NCBI GenBank assembly: GCA_016206785.1
Contig: JACQQV010000021.1
Span: 1 to 61,508 of the forward strand
Reading direction: 5' to 3'
Length of the DNA stretch: 61,508 nt
Source of the DNA: Candidatus Omnitrophota bacterium
GTDB lineage: Bacteria > Omnitrophota > Gorgyraeia > JACQQV01
Shown here: positions 27,317 to 35,939 of the stretch, piece after piece
How the letters are laid out: every line of letters starts with the position of its first letter
Numbering within the stretch: the stretch's first letter is position 1
Translations under genes and position numbers: made by a program
The notes under the pieces: model-generated
What the model saw: only the letters and a program-made list of their open reading frames with translations
What the model was told of the DNA's origin: nothing
The model's database searches: none

Positions 27317-28230
27317 TCGACCGTCTTCTCCAACCCTTTTTTAAAGTCGGTCTCGAAAGGGTAATTCAAAAGCCTGCGGCTCTTTGAGAGATCGGCTAAG
27401 GTGTGCCGGACATCCCCCGGCCTCGGCGGCCCGAACGTCGGTCGAATGGACTTTCCTAAAATGTGATTGATTGACTCGTACAACTCCAAGACAGAATGGC
27501 CCCTTCCCCCTGCGACGTTAAAAACCTCCCCCCCGATGCCAGGGGTGGTGGCCGCCTTTAAATTGGCCGCCACCACATCGTCAATATAGGAGAAATCGCG
27601 AGATTGCTGTCCATCCCCGTCAATGGTAGGAGGTTCGTTGCGAAGAAGTTTGAGGATAAATTTGGGGATGACCGCTGCATATTCAGAGGCGGGGTCCTGA
27701 TGGGGGCCAAACACGTTGAAATAACGAAGACTCGCCGTCTCCAGACCATAAAGTCGCGTAAAAGCGATGCAGTAATGCTCGGCAGCAAGTTTGGAGATGG
27801 CGTAGGGAGAAATGGGATGGGTGGGCGACGCTTCGGAGGTGGGAAGGTGGTCGCTATCGCCGTAGACGGAACTTGAAGAGGCGTATACGACCCGCTTCAC
27901 CTTTTGTGCGCGGCATTCCAGAAGGAGGTTTAGCGTTCCTTTGACGTTGACATCGTTTGTTTCGGAAGGGTCTTTGACCGATCTTTCCACAGACCGGAGG
28001 GCCGCCTGGTGAGAGACGTAGTCAACCCCCCGGACCGCTTTGGCGAGTGTGGAGGCGTCTCGGATATCTCCCTCCATGAGTTCGATCTTATCCAGAACTC
28101 CGGAAAGGTTTTCTCTCTTCCCTTCAGAGAAATTATCAAGCACACGAACCCGTTCGTTTCGGCGAACCAGTTCGCGTACAATACTCGAGCCGATAAACCC
28201 CGCTCCCCCCGTCACAAGATAGAAAGCCAT
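27289..28230 (-). CDS. Extended SDR NDP-sugar 4-epimerase/dehydratase family protein
   Basis: MAFYLVTGGAGFIGS, YASSSSVYG, SPYAISK. It is the first gene downstream of the consensus promoter at 28380..28408. Confidence 0.85.
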   Translation of the reverse strand: MAFYLVTGGAGFIGSSIVRELVRRNERVRVLDNFSEGKRENLSGVLDKIELMEGDIRDASTLAKAVRGVDYVSHQAALRSVERSVKDPSETNDVNVKGTLNLLLECRAQKVKRVVYASSSSVYGDSDHLPTSEASPTHPISPYAISKLAAEHYCIAFTRLYGLETASLRYFNVFGPHQDPASEYAAVIPKFILKLLRNEPPTIDGDGQQSRDFSYIDDVVAANLKAATTPGIGGEVFNVAGGRGHSVLELYESINHILGKSIRPTFGPPRPGDVRHTLADLSKSRRLLNYPFETDFKKGLEKTVEWLRSLTKE

Positions 28231-28379
28231 TTATCTGGATAAACTCAAATCCCGTGAAAGAATTTTGGTCACTTTATCTATTACAACATCATGGGGAAAC
28301 GTGAGTTAGGCAGGATTTCCCCAATTGGTCTCTTGTACGGCACCCTGCTCTATCCCGTAGGTCCGGATAAAGCAAATTT

Positions 28380-28408
28380 ATTATAGTAATAGCCATTTTT
28401 GGTGTCAA
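28380..28408 (-). promoter_or_regulatory. Sigma70-type promoter with perfect consensus hexamers (TTGACA-17 nt-TATAAT) reading into the minus-strand glycan gene array
   Basis: The minus strand reads TTGACAccaaaaatggctattacTATAAT. The -35 is at 28403..28408 and the -10 at 28380..28385. It lies in the largest intergenic gap of the glycan locus, about 150 nt upstream of ATG 28230. Confidence 0.6.
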
Positions 28409-28468
28409 GTATTTTAAATATAGCAATTTTTCAGGGGAAAACGGGGATCAAAAAAGGCGAGAATTCGT

Positions 28469-28497
28469 TTGACTTTTAAGGGGGGATCTCAGAAAAT
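28469..28497 (+). promoter_or_regulatory. Candidate divergent promoter for the single plus-strand gene (TTGACT-17 nt-GAAAAT)
   Basis: TTGACT at 28469..28474 and GAAAAT at 28492..28497. The -10 is weak, so this is a low-confidence call. Confidence 0.3.
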
Positions 28498-28608
28498 TGA
28501 AGGTATGCGCGCGAAGCGTTCCTTCATGATTTTGTGGATTTTCCTGATTCATCTTCTCTTCTATTTAAAATTCTACCACAATTTTTTCCTTTCTCGCTAA
28601 GAGGCCGT

Positions 28609-30447
28609 ATGTCTGTTTTCCTGTTTCACCTCCTCCTTCCCCTCCTTGCCGCTTTCGTCCTAAGCCTTTATTTCGTCACTCTCGGACGTGTTATCCTAAG
28701 CCGCTTTACCAGGGAAACTTCCTTCATCGAAAATTGCGCTCTTTCCTTTCCCTTGGGTATCGGTTGCGCGTCCACAACCATTTTTTTTCTGGGCCTCATC
28801 GGCCAGCTCCGCCTTTGGACATTCCTGTCCTGTATTCTCTTAAGCTGGATCTTGTTTCATCAAGAAACGCTCTCCTTCTTAAGGGAACTAAGAGAGTGGA
28901 TAAAATCGCTTCCAGAGCGACTTTCTCCTTTTGCCGTCGTCCTTTCTTTTCTTTTGCTTACGCACCTTTCGCTTAATCTCCTTTTTAGTTTAGCCCCTCC
29001 CATTGGCACCGATGCACTTTGGCATCATCTCGTTCTTCCCAAAGAATACGCCACAACACATTCCCTTACCCCCCGCCCCGATATTGTGTGGTCCTTCGGA
29101 CCCCAATTGGTAGAAATGCTGCTCACCCTAGGGATGGTCTTTCACTCCCCCGCCCTCGCCTCTCTCCTCTGCTTGATGTTTTCGTTTTCGCTCCTCGGTG
29201 CTCTTTATAAACTCGGGAGACAGTTTCTAAAAAGAGACGTCTCTCTTCTTGCGGCATCTCTTTTTTGGTGCATGCCTTTGGTGATTCACTATGCCCCCCT
29301 CATCAAAAACGATCTGGGGATGTCCGTTTTCATCGTATTGGCTTGTGACCAGTGTTTTCTGCTCACTCAGAAAAAACCGATCGGAAGAACCTTCCTACTT
29401 CTTTCCGCTTTCCTGGGGCTTGCCGCCTCCTGCAAATTCACGGTGCTCCCCTCTCTGATCGTCATCGAAGGTGCTGCGCTCTGGTCCTTAAGGAAACGGT
29501 GGCGGGAACGGGGCACAGGAGGTACTTTACTCGCTGGACTTCTTCTTATGATTGCTCTTTGCCTGCCCTACTTGATTCGAAGCTACTGTCTCACAGGAAA
29601 TCCAGTTTACCCCAACGCCTATCGGATATTCGGAGGACGTTTTTGGAATTCTGAAATGACTGAAGTTTTTTCGGAAAGATACGCGAGCCCAAAGAATCCT
29701 GTACAACTCTTCACCCATCCTATCCGCTTCTCCCTCGCTGAATCCTTCGGAGGTCATGTGGGAACACCTCTTTTTCTTGTCTTTTTACCACTTCTCATTT
29801 TCTGGAGACCACTCGACAGATCGGTCAAAAAACTGCTATGGATGTCTCTATTCATTTATACGCTCTCTTATCTTCTTTTTGATGTACGCAGTCGATATTA
29901 CTTTCCTGTCCTCTGTTTTCTAAGTTTACCGACCGCCTATGCGATTCAAAAGATTTGGGAAGAAAGGGGGATTGTTCGTTCCGTCGGATCTTTTTGGGTA
30001 GGGCTTTTTTTTCTATTTAACCTCTTTGTGACCTTTGCGTTTACAAGACACCAGATCCCAACGGTGCTGGGAATGGAATCAAGTGCCTCTTATCTGTTGA
30101 GAATGCTTTCTTATCATCCCGTCATCCAATACACCAATGAACACACGCAGCCAACGGACCGCATCGCACTCTTTGGCGTGCCTAGTTATTATCTAGAACG
30201 CAAATCCATTTACACAAACTTCTACGGTGGCGAAGTGATGTTTTACATATTACAAACCGCTGAGAAATTGGAAAAGCGCCTCCATGAGTTAGAAATCCGC
30301 TATGTCATTTTCCCGCCAGATCCGGTAAAAGAAATTGCCGAGCGGTTGGATTGGAAGCTACTCGGTGAGCTCAGACAGAAGGGAATACTGAGAAAAGTTT
30401 ATACAAAGAATGGATATACCCTTTATCGCTTTCATCCCACCCCTTGA
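28609..30447 (+). CDS. GT-C-like polytopic membrane glycosyltransferase (ArnT/PMT-like)
   Basis: The only credible plus-strand gene. The ORF opens at GTG 28534, but ATG 28609 (MSVFLFHLLLPLLAAFVL) has AAGAGG upstream. It has more than 10 TM segments, the loop FSLAPPIGTDALWHHLVLPKEY, and a soluble C-terminal domain. Confidence 0.6.
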   Translation: MSVFLFHLLLPLLAAFVLSLYFVTLGRVILSRFTRETSFIENCALSFPLGIGCASTTIFFLGLIGQLRLWTFLSCILLSWILFHQETLSFLRELREWIKSLPERLSPFAVVLSFLLLTHLSLNLLFSLAPPIGTDALWHHLVLPKEYATTHSLTPRPDIVWSFGPQLVEMLLTLGMVFHSPALASLLCLMFSFSLLGALYKLGRQFLKRDVSLLAASLFWCMPLVIHYAPLIKNDLGMSVFIVLACDQCFLLTQKKPIGRTFLLLSAFLGLAASCKFTVLPSLIVIEGAALWSLRKRWRERGTGGTLLAGLLLMIALCLPYLIRSYCLTGNPVYPNAYRIFGGRFWNSEMTEVFSERYASPKNPVQLFTHPIRFSLAESFGGHVGTPLFLVFLPLLIFWRPLDRSVKKLLWMSLFIYTLSYLLFDVRSRYYFPVLCFLSLPTAYAIQKIWEERGIVRSVGSFWVGLFFLFNLFVTFAFTRHQIPTVLGMESSASYLLRMLSYHPVIQYTNEHTQPTDRIALFGVPSYYLERKSIYTNFYGGEVMFYILQTAEKLEKRLHELEIRYVIFPPDPVKEIAERLDWKLLGELRQKGILRKVYTKNGYTLYRFHPTP

Positions 30448-30455
30448 CATCTTTC

Positions 30456-31637
30456 CTACGTCTTATCTGCCCGGAAGAAAAGACAGCAGAGATACGTGAG
30501 GCAGGTTCCGAAAAATTTTGCTTTTGCGAAAAGAAGGGCCCACCCTCTTTCCTGAAAAAAGGGAGCGGTATAGCCATATCGAAGGGCGATCATTGCGAAA
30601 GCGACGCTTGTGAAAAGAATATGCTTCGTGTTTTTCTCGGGATATTGGAAAAAGAGAGAAACGAGGATCGAGAAGGGAAAAAGGAGAAGGACAAGATGGG
30701 TCTCCATCATCGTACTTGCAGAGAGAAGCATGGCGCAGATGATGGTGGCGTAACGCAATTCCAGCGAATGAGCTTTATCTTTCCGGAGAAAAAACCACAA
30801 AGAAAAAAGGACTGTGACCGAAAAAGCAATACTGCCGGTCCGGATCCAGAGAGAGGATTTCCCGATTTCCTCCCTTCCTAAAAGTCTTTGAATGGAGAGA
30901 AGAAGATTTGTGAAAGACAGATCGAGCCGATTGCCGGCGCTGTTCTCCAAAAGCGCGGGGACCCCGTAAAGGAAAAAATCGGCCCACCCCTTCGTTCCGA
31001 CAGAGAGAACGGACAACCCCCCAAAAAAAAGGAGTCCTCCTATAAACCCTGCCATCGATCTCCATTTTTTAGAGACGAGGAAATAGAAAAGAAAATAAAG
31101 AGGTGTCACCTTGATCAGGGCCCCGAGGGCAAGGCATGCCCCTGATCCGAAGAAAAGTCCTTTCCGTTCGAGACGGTACGCCACGACCAAAATAAAAAGA
31201 ATAAGAAGGTCTGCTTGATAATAAGATAGTCCCACATACAACGGTTCAAATTGTGAAAAGAGAAAGATCAAAAGTGCCAAAAGAAGTGAGGATCTCTCCG
31301 AAAAAGAGGTAAAGAGAAAAAAGAAAGAGCCCGCAAGAGAAGCGAGGAGGATGAAAAACCACAACTTTTCAGCCACGTCGAAAGGAACACTGGCAAGAGG
31401 GGCGACCAAAAAGGCAAAAAAAGGAGGATAAAGATACTTCGCAGCAGTATAGAGCCCCCCTGTGGAGAGGAAAACATTCGTCGCCACAGGATAAAAAGTC
31501 CCTCTAAAGTCGTTGGGCTCGATGGGTGGATAAAAAAGCGGCAGGAGAAGTCCCCTGTATAAAAAACTGGCTACCGAAAAGGAAACCAGTAGCCAGAAAA
31601 GAATAGCGTTTTCTTTCCTCTTGTCTGAAGATCCCAT
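30456..31637 (-). CDS. GT87/DUF2029-type GT-C membrane glycosyltransferase (polyprenyl-phosphate-sugar dependent)
   Basis: DFRGTFYPVATNVFLSTGGLYTAAKYLYPPFFAFLVAPLASVPF...GALIKVTPLYF matches my memory of the DUF2029/PimE-like pattern. 393 aa and polytopic. Confidence 0.65.
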   Translation of the reverse strand: MGSSDKRKENAILFWLLVSFSVASFLYRGLLLPLFYPPIEPNDFRGTFYPVATNVFLSTGGLYTAAKYLYPPFFAFLVAPLASVPFDVAEKLWFFILLASLAGSFFFLFTSFSERSSLLLALLIFLFSQFEPLYVGLSYYQADLLILFILVVAYRLERKGLFFGSGACLALGALIKVTPLYFLFYFLVSKKWRSMAGFIGGLLFFGGLSVLSVGTKGWADFFLYGVPALLENSAGNRLDLSFTNLLLSIQRLLGREEIGKSSLWIRTGSIAFSVTVLFSLWFFLRKDKAHSLELRYATIICAMLLSASTMMETHLVLLLFPFSILVSLFFQYPEKNTKHILFTSVAFAMIALRYGYTAPFFQERGWALLFAKAKFFGTCLTYLCCLFFRADKT

Positions 31638-32921
31638 TTAGGGCTGGGAAGAGAGCAAGGGAACCGGTTGCGGGAGAAGACTGTTTTCCAATTGAAAAAG
31701 AATACGATTTGTTCCGAAGAGATTCCAGATATCACAAATGATGCAGCCCGGTTTTACCCACTGCCCGATTTTCTCAAGGGAAAGTTCCTGATAACTCCGA
31801 TGGTTGACCGCCACGAGAAGTACCTCCGCATCCTGAAGCACCGTCCCCAGGTCTCCCGGTTTGAGGTAAGGGTCATGAAGAAAAACCTGGGCCCCCTCCT
31901 TCAAGAAAATTTTCTTGGCTTTGTAGGAAAGCGAGTTTCGGTTGTCGTCGATATCCCGCTTAAAAGAGAGACCAAGGATTACGACCTTTCGTCCCTCTAA
32001 CGGCTGACGTATTTTGATGTTGTGAATGAGGTAAGCGGGTACCGTCTCATTGATCTTCCAAGCGATCGAGATGAGCTCGTTATAGGGAATGTCATTGATG
32101 AGAAAAAAACCGTCCTTATAGAGACAGGGGCCCCCGGCGAAGCCAGGCTTTTTAAGGCCCCCCCGCACATAATCTCTATTCACCAATTCGATAATCTCGT
32201 AAATATTGCGTTCATAGTTGTCTGCGATCATCATGAACTCATTGGCCATAGCAAATTCAATGTAGCGATACATATTGCAGAAGAGTTTCGCCAATTCCGC
32301 CGAACGGGCATCCGAAGGGATAATCTTAGAGGTGAGATGTTTAAAAAGATGCTGGGCCTTAAGACTGCTTGCCTCATCCAGTGTTCCAACAATTTGGGGG
32401 ATCACAGCCAGTTCTTCGAGGGAGTTCCCCTCCGCAATCCGCTCAGGACAACATGCGAGAAAGAGCGTTTCTCCAACGATAAGCCTTGTCTCACGCTCGA
32501 TAAAACGCTTAAGCTGTTCCGTCGTTCCAGGATAGACGGTGCTCCGAAGGACGATGAGATGTCCTGCCTTGAGAAAGGGAGCCATCTTCACCATCGTGGA
32601 TTCAATCTGTTCAAAAATAGGATTCATATGTTCATCGATGGGTGTTCCCAGGGTTAAAATAATCACGCCCGCTTCGGAGACCGCCCCTTTAAGGTCCGAC
32701 GTCACGGTAAAACGTTTTTGAATCCATCGACGAAGAATGGGTTCCGCCCCTTTCTCAGAAAAAGGCATTTCTCCTTTTCTCAATTGCTCCAATTTTTTCT
32801 CGTTGACATCGACGCCGACCACAAAGAATCCCTTCTCAAGAAAGGCCAGGGCAAGAGGAAGCCCCACACGGCCCAGCCCCACCATAGCGATCTTCTCGGA
32901 GTTCTCTTCTTCAAATGGCAT
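31638..32921 (-). CDS. NDP-sugar dehydrogenase (WecC/TviB/Cap5O-like UDP-N-acetylhexosamine dehydrogenase family)
   Basis: KIAMVGLGRVGLPLALAF, CPERIAEG, GFAGGPCLYKD (catalytic Cys). I place the start at ATG 32921 (MPFEEENSEK). Confidence 0.85.
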   Translation of the reverse strand: MPFEEENSEKIAMVGLGRVGLPLALAFLEKGFFVVGVDVNEKKLEQLRKGEMPFSEKGAEPILRRWIQKRFTVTSDLKGAVSEAGVIILTLGTPIDEHMNPIFEQIESTMVKMAPFLKAGHLIVLRSTVYPGTTEQLKRFIERETRLIVGETLFLACCPERIAEGNSLEELAVIPQIVGTLDEASSLKAQHLFKHLTSKIIPSDARSAELAKLFCNMYRYIEFAMANEFMMIADNYERNIYEIIELVNRDYVRGGLKKPGFAGGPCLYKDGFFLINDIPYNELISIAWKINETVPAYLIHNIKIRQPLEGRKVVILGLSFKRDIDDNRNSLSYKAKKIFLKEGAQVFLHDPYLKPGDLGTVLQDAEVLLVAVNHRSYQELSLEKIGQWVKPGCIICDIWNLFGTNRILFQLENSLLPQPVPLLSSQP

Positions 32922-32926
32922 GGTTG

Positions 32927-33667
32927 TCACACCTCTCTTCTTTGAGCCCGATAGCCCAAAAATTCTAGACGGAGTTTTAAAAGACACCACAAATATTTCG
33001 GGACTTCCCGAAGAATATTGACTTTCGAAGCACCGTATCCTTTTGAACGCTCTTGAAACCGAACGGGAATCTCTCCGATGCGGTAATGTAGGCGGTGGGC
33101 CCGATAGGTGAACTCGATCGTAAAAGAAGGATGGCCTTTCGAATGGATATCCTTTTTGACCCGGTCATAAACCTCCCGACGAAACGCCCTGAAGGTATGC
33201 GAGGCGTCTCCATAAGGGAGCCCCAAAAGAACCCTGCTTAAAACATTCATCCCGACACTCCCAACGTGACGGACCCACGACTTGCCATGCATGGCCCCTC
33301 CCTTGGTATATCGGGAGCCGATCACGAGATCCAATCCGTTGTCAAGCGCTTCCTTAAACCGAACCAGGTCGTGCGGGCTTTGAGAAAGGTCCGCATCGAT
33401 CGTCATGAACATCCCTCCATGGGCCGCGCCAAAGCCGGCCATATGTGCGGCGCCGATTCCCTCCTTTTTCTCCTTCGTCACAAGGCGGACGGCAGGGTGC
33501 TCCTCGGAAAGATGCTGAATGACCTCCGCGGTTCCATCAGGACTTTTGTCGTCCACGAAGAGGATCTCAAAAGGAACGCGCAGGGGCTGCAGAACTCCTT
33601 CGATCTCCAAGGTTGCACGTTCCACATTGGACCGCTCATTATAAGTAGGAATCACAACAGAAATCAT
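32927..33667 (-). CDS. Polyprenyl-phosphate glycosyltransferase (GT2, DPM1/ArnC-like)
   Basis: MISVVIPTYNERSNVERATLEIEGVLQPLRVPFEILFVDDKSPDGT...TIDADLSQSP. I place the start at ATG 33667 (ATGA overlap). Confidence 0.85.
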   Translation of the reverse strand: MISVVIPTYNERSNVERATLEIEGVLQPLRVPFEILFVDDKSPDGTAEVIQHLSEEHPAVRLVTKEKKEGIGAAHMAGFGAAHGGMFMTIDADLSQSPHDLVRFKEALDNGLDLVIGSRYTKGGAMHGKSWVRHVGSVGMNVLSRVLLGLPYGDASHTFRAFRREVYDRVKKDIHSKGHPSFTIEFTYRAHRLHYRIGEIPVRFQERSKGYGASKVNILREVPKYLWCLLKLRLEFLGYRAQRREV

Positions 33668-34653
33668 GAAACCCCCTTGAGCTGGAGACGGCTCCGCGTA
33701 CGATACCACTCCCACGTTTGACGCAACCCCCTGTCGAGATCCACCTGAGGCTGAAACCCGACGATCTGCTTCAGTTTTGTAATATCGGGGCAACGCCGCT
33801 CCACCGCCCCCGGCGGAGCAGGTTCATCTTTGATCCTCGGATAACGCTTGGCGATCTCGAACAGCCGCCTTGCCAGATCGATCATGGCGATTTCTTCATG
33901 GTCGTTGCCGATGTTCAAAATCTGTTTGTCGGTCTTGGTGTTTTCCATCACCGCCTGCGTCGCTCGGACGGCGTCGCTCACGTAACAGAATGCGCGACGG
34001 TAGGTCGTTCCAAAAATGGGAAAAGGATCCTCCCCCTGAAGAAGGCGTGTGCAAAAATTCGGGATGACATGTTCAAAACCCATGCGGGGTCCGTAAACGT
34101 TATGATAACGGACGATGCTCATCCGAAGCCCTGAATGAATGAAAAGAAGTTCTCCTGCCATCTTGCTTCCTGCATAAGAAAACCGAGGGTTGTAGAAATC
34201 GGCAACTCCTCCGGGAACCGTCTCATCCGTCGGAACCGGAATGGGTAAGACCCGTGTCAAAGAGGCGTATACTTCCGAAGAAGAAGCAAAAAGGATTTTT
34301 CCACAGCGGGCTCTGGAGGCCCAATCCACAAGATGAAGCACCGTGAGCAGATTCACCCGTAGGACTTGCAGAGGCTGAGTATAGAAATGGGATGTGCCAT
34401 TGATTGCCGCCAAGTGGTATACAAAATCATACCCCTCACCCAACGTTTCCCAAGAGGAAATCTGTGTGAGGTCCCGTTGAAACCATTTGAGGCGGGGATG
34501 CCGGCGTAACTCAGCAAACTCTTCGTCCTCTCCGGCCATCCTCGAGAGGTTGTCACAGATCGTGACCTCCTGTCCCTGTTCCAGGAGAAACCGGGCGAGA
34601 TGCAAACCTATAAACCCAGCGCCTCCCGTAATCAGGACCTTGGGAAGAGTCAT
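33664..34653 (-). CDS. Extended SDR, UXS/ArnA-C-terminal-like NDP-sugar dehydratase/decarboxylase family
   Basis: VLITGGAGFIGLHL, ASSSEVY, SYAGSK, RYHNVYGPRM, RAFCYVSD. Confidence 0.8.
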   Translation of the reverse strand: MTLPKVLITGGAGFIGLHLARFLLEQGQEVTICDNLSRMAGEDEEFAELRRHPRLKWFQRDLTQISSWETLGEGYDFVYHLAAINGTSHFYTQPLQVLRVNLLTVLHLVDWASRARCGKILFASSSEVYASLTRVLPIPVPTDETVPGGVADFYNPRFSYAGSKMAGELLFIHSGLRMSIVRYHNVYGPRMGFEHVIPNFCTRLLQGEDPFPIFGTTYRRAFCYVSDAVRATQAVMENTKTDKQILNIGNDHEEIAMIDLARRLFEIAKRYPRIKDEPAPPGAVERRCPDITKLKQIVGFQPQVDLDRGLRQTWEWYRTRSRLQLKGVS

Positions 34654-35939
34654 CGGTATCTTTCCAGAAACTTGCTCAAAGTTTCAACAACGTACACGCG
34701 TTCCGCCTCATTGATTTTAGGATGTACGCCGATGAAAAGTGCGTTGTCCCGGAGCCACCGTGAGACAGGAAGCTTACCCACGATGCGGCCCGGTGCTTTT
34801 CGAAAACCGGGCTGGTCAGGAAGGCACCCTCCGAAAAGAGGACGGCTTTCAATCTTATGATCGTCCAGAAAAGAAACGAGGTCCATTCGTGAGAAAGGGC
34901 TCTTTTTTTGAATCACCAATGAAAAGCCGTAATAGACATGGCGGTTCCCCGGCTGTTCGACGGGAAGCTGAATCAACGTTTCATAAGGTCGAAGGCGCTC
35001 ACAATAATATCGGGCAGCTTCTCTGCGCTTCTCGTTCATGGCCTCGACTTTCTTAAGTTGGGCAATCCCGCAGGCTGCGGTCAGATCGGTCATGCGCATG
35101 TTGTAACCACGCCGCTCAAAGACCTGGCGGCTATCATAATAGGAGAGTCGATCGTCCGAATAATAACGTTCTCCACCCTGTGGCATGCGTCCAAATTCTC
35201 TCAAGGAGCGGGCCAGTGAGGCGTGGGACAACGTATCCGTGACGATCATGCCTCCTTCGCCGGTTGTCATATTATGCGCCACAAAAAAGCTGAACGTCCC
35301 CAAAAGTCCCATGCTCCCGACCGGACGTCCTCGATGAGACGCCCCGTGAGACTCGCAACAATCTTCCATGACCAAGAGCCCCGCCGACTGCGCCAGTTTC
35401 GACAGACGGGTCATATCTGCGGGGTATCCTAAGGTATGTACCGCGATCAAAAGTTTCGTTCGGCGACCCATCGCCTCCTCCACCTGATGGGGATCGATGT
35501 TGAGCATTTTCGGGTCCACGTCGACGTAGACGGGCTTTAATCCCAATTGAAGAACAGGTGCAACCACTGTGGCAAACGTGGCGGCCGGTACGATCACCTC
35601 ATCCCCCGACTTTAACTTTCCATCCTGCATCAGGAGATCCAGGGCAATGAGATTTGCAGAGGACCCTGAGTTCACGGCAACGGCATAACGGCGCCCGACC
35701 CACTCCGCGTATTTCTGTTCAAAGCTCTGCACCAGTCGGCCCTGCGTAATCCATCCGGAGAGGATCGCTTCCATGACCCCCATCGCCTCTTCGGCATCAT
35801 ACACCGTTGTACTCAGCTGAATTTTGCTCTGACCGGGGATAAAAGGATCTTCCTCAAGGGCATAAAAAGTCTCCAACAATTTCTTGAGTTCTTTTTTCAA
35901 ATCCTCTTTTCCTCTGACCTGCAGGGTAGGAGTCGTCAT
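34650..35939 (-). CDS. DegT/DnrJ/EryC1-family enzyme of the RfbH/ColD subgroup; His in the Schiff-base Lys position (putative PMP-dependent sugar 3-dehydratase)
   Basis: NSGSSANLIAL and GTFSFFVAHNMTTGEGGMIVT (His codon at 35274..35276). No C-x-C-x7-C motif. ATGA overlaps at both ends. Confidence 0.8.
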   Translation of the reverse strand: MTTPTLQVRGKEDLKKELKKLLETFYALEEDPFIPGQSKIQLSTTVYDAEEAMGVMEAILSGWITQGRLVQSFEQKYAEWVGRRYAVAVNSGSSANLIALDLLMQDGKLKSGDEVIVPAATFATVVAPVLQLGLKPVYVDVDPKMLNIDPHQVEEAMGRRTKLLIAVHTLGYPADMTRLSKLAQSAGLLVMEDCCESHGASHRGRPVGSMGLLGTFSFFVAHNMTTGEGGMIVTDTLSHASLARSLREFGRMPQGGERYYSDDRLSYYDSRQVFERRGYNMRMTDLTAACGIAQLKKVEAMNEKRREAARYYCERLRPYETLIQLPVEQPGNRHVYYGFSLVIQKKSPFSRMDLVSFLDDHKIESRPLFGGCLPDQPGFRKAPGRIVGKLPVSRWLRDNALFIGVHPKINEAERVYVVETLSKFLERYR

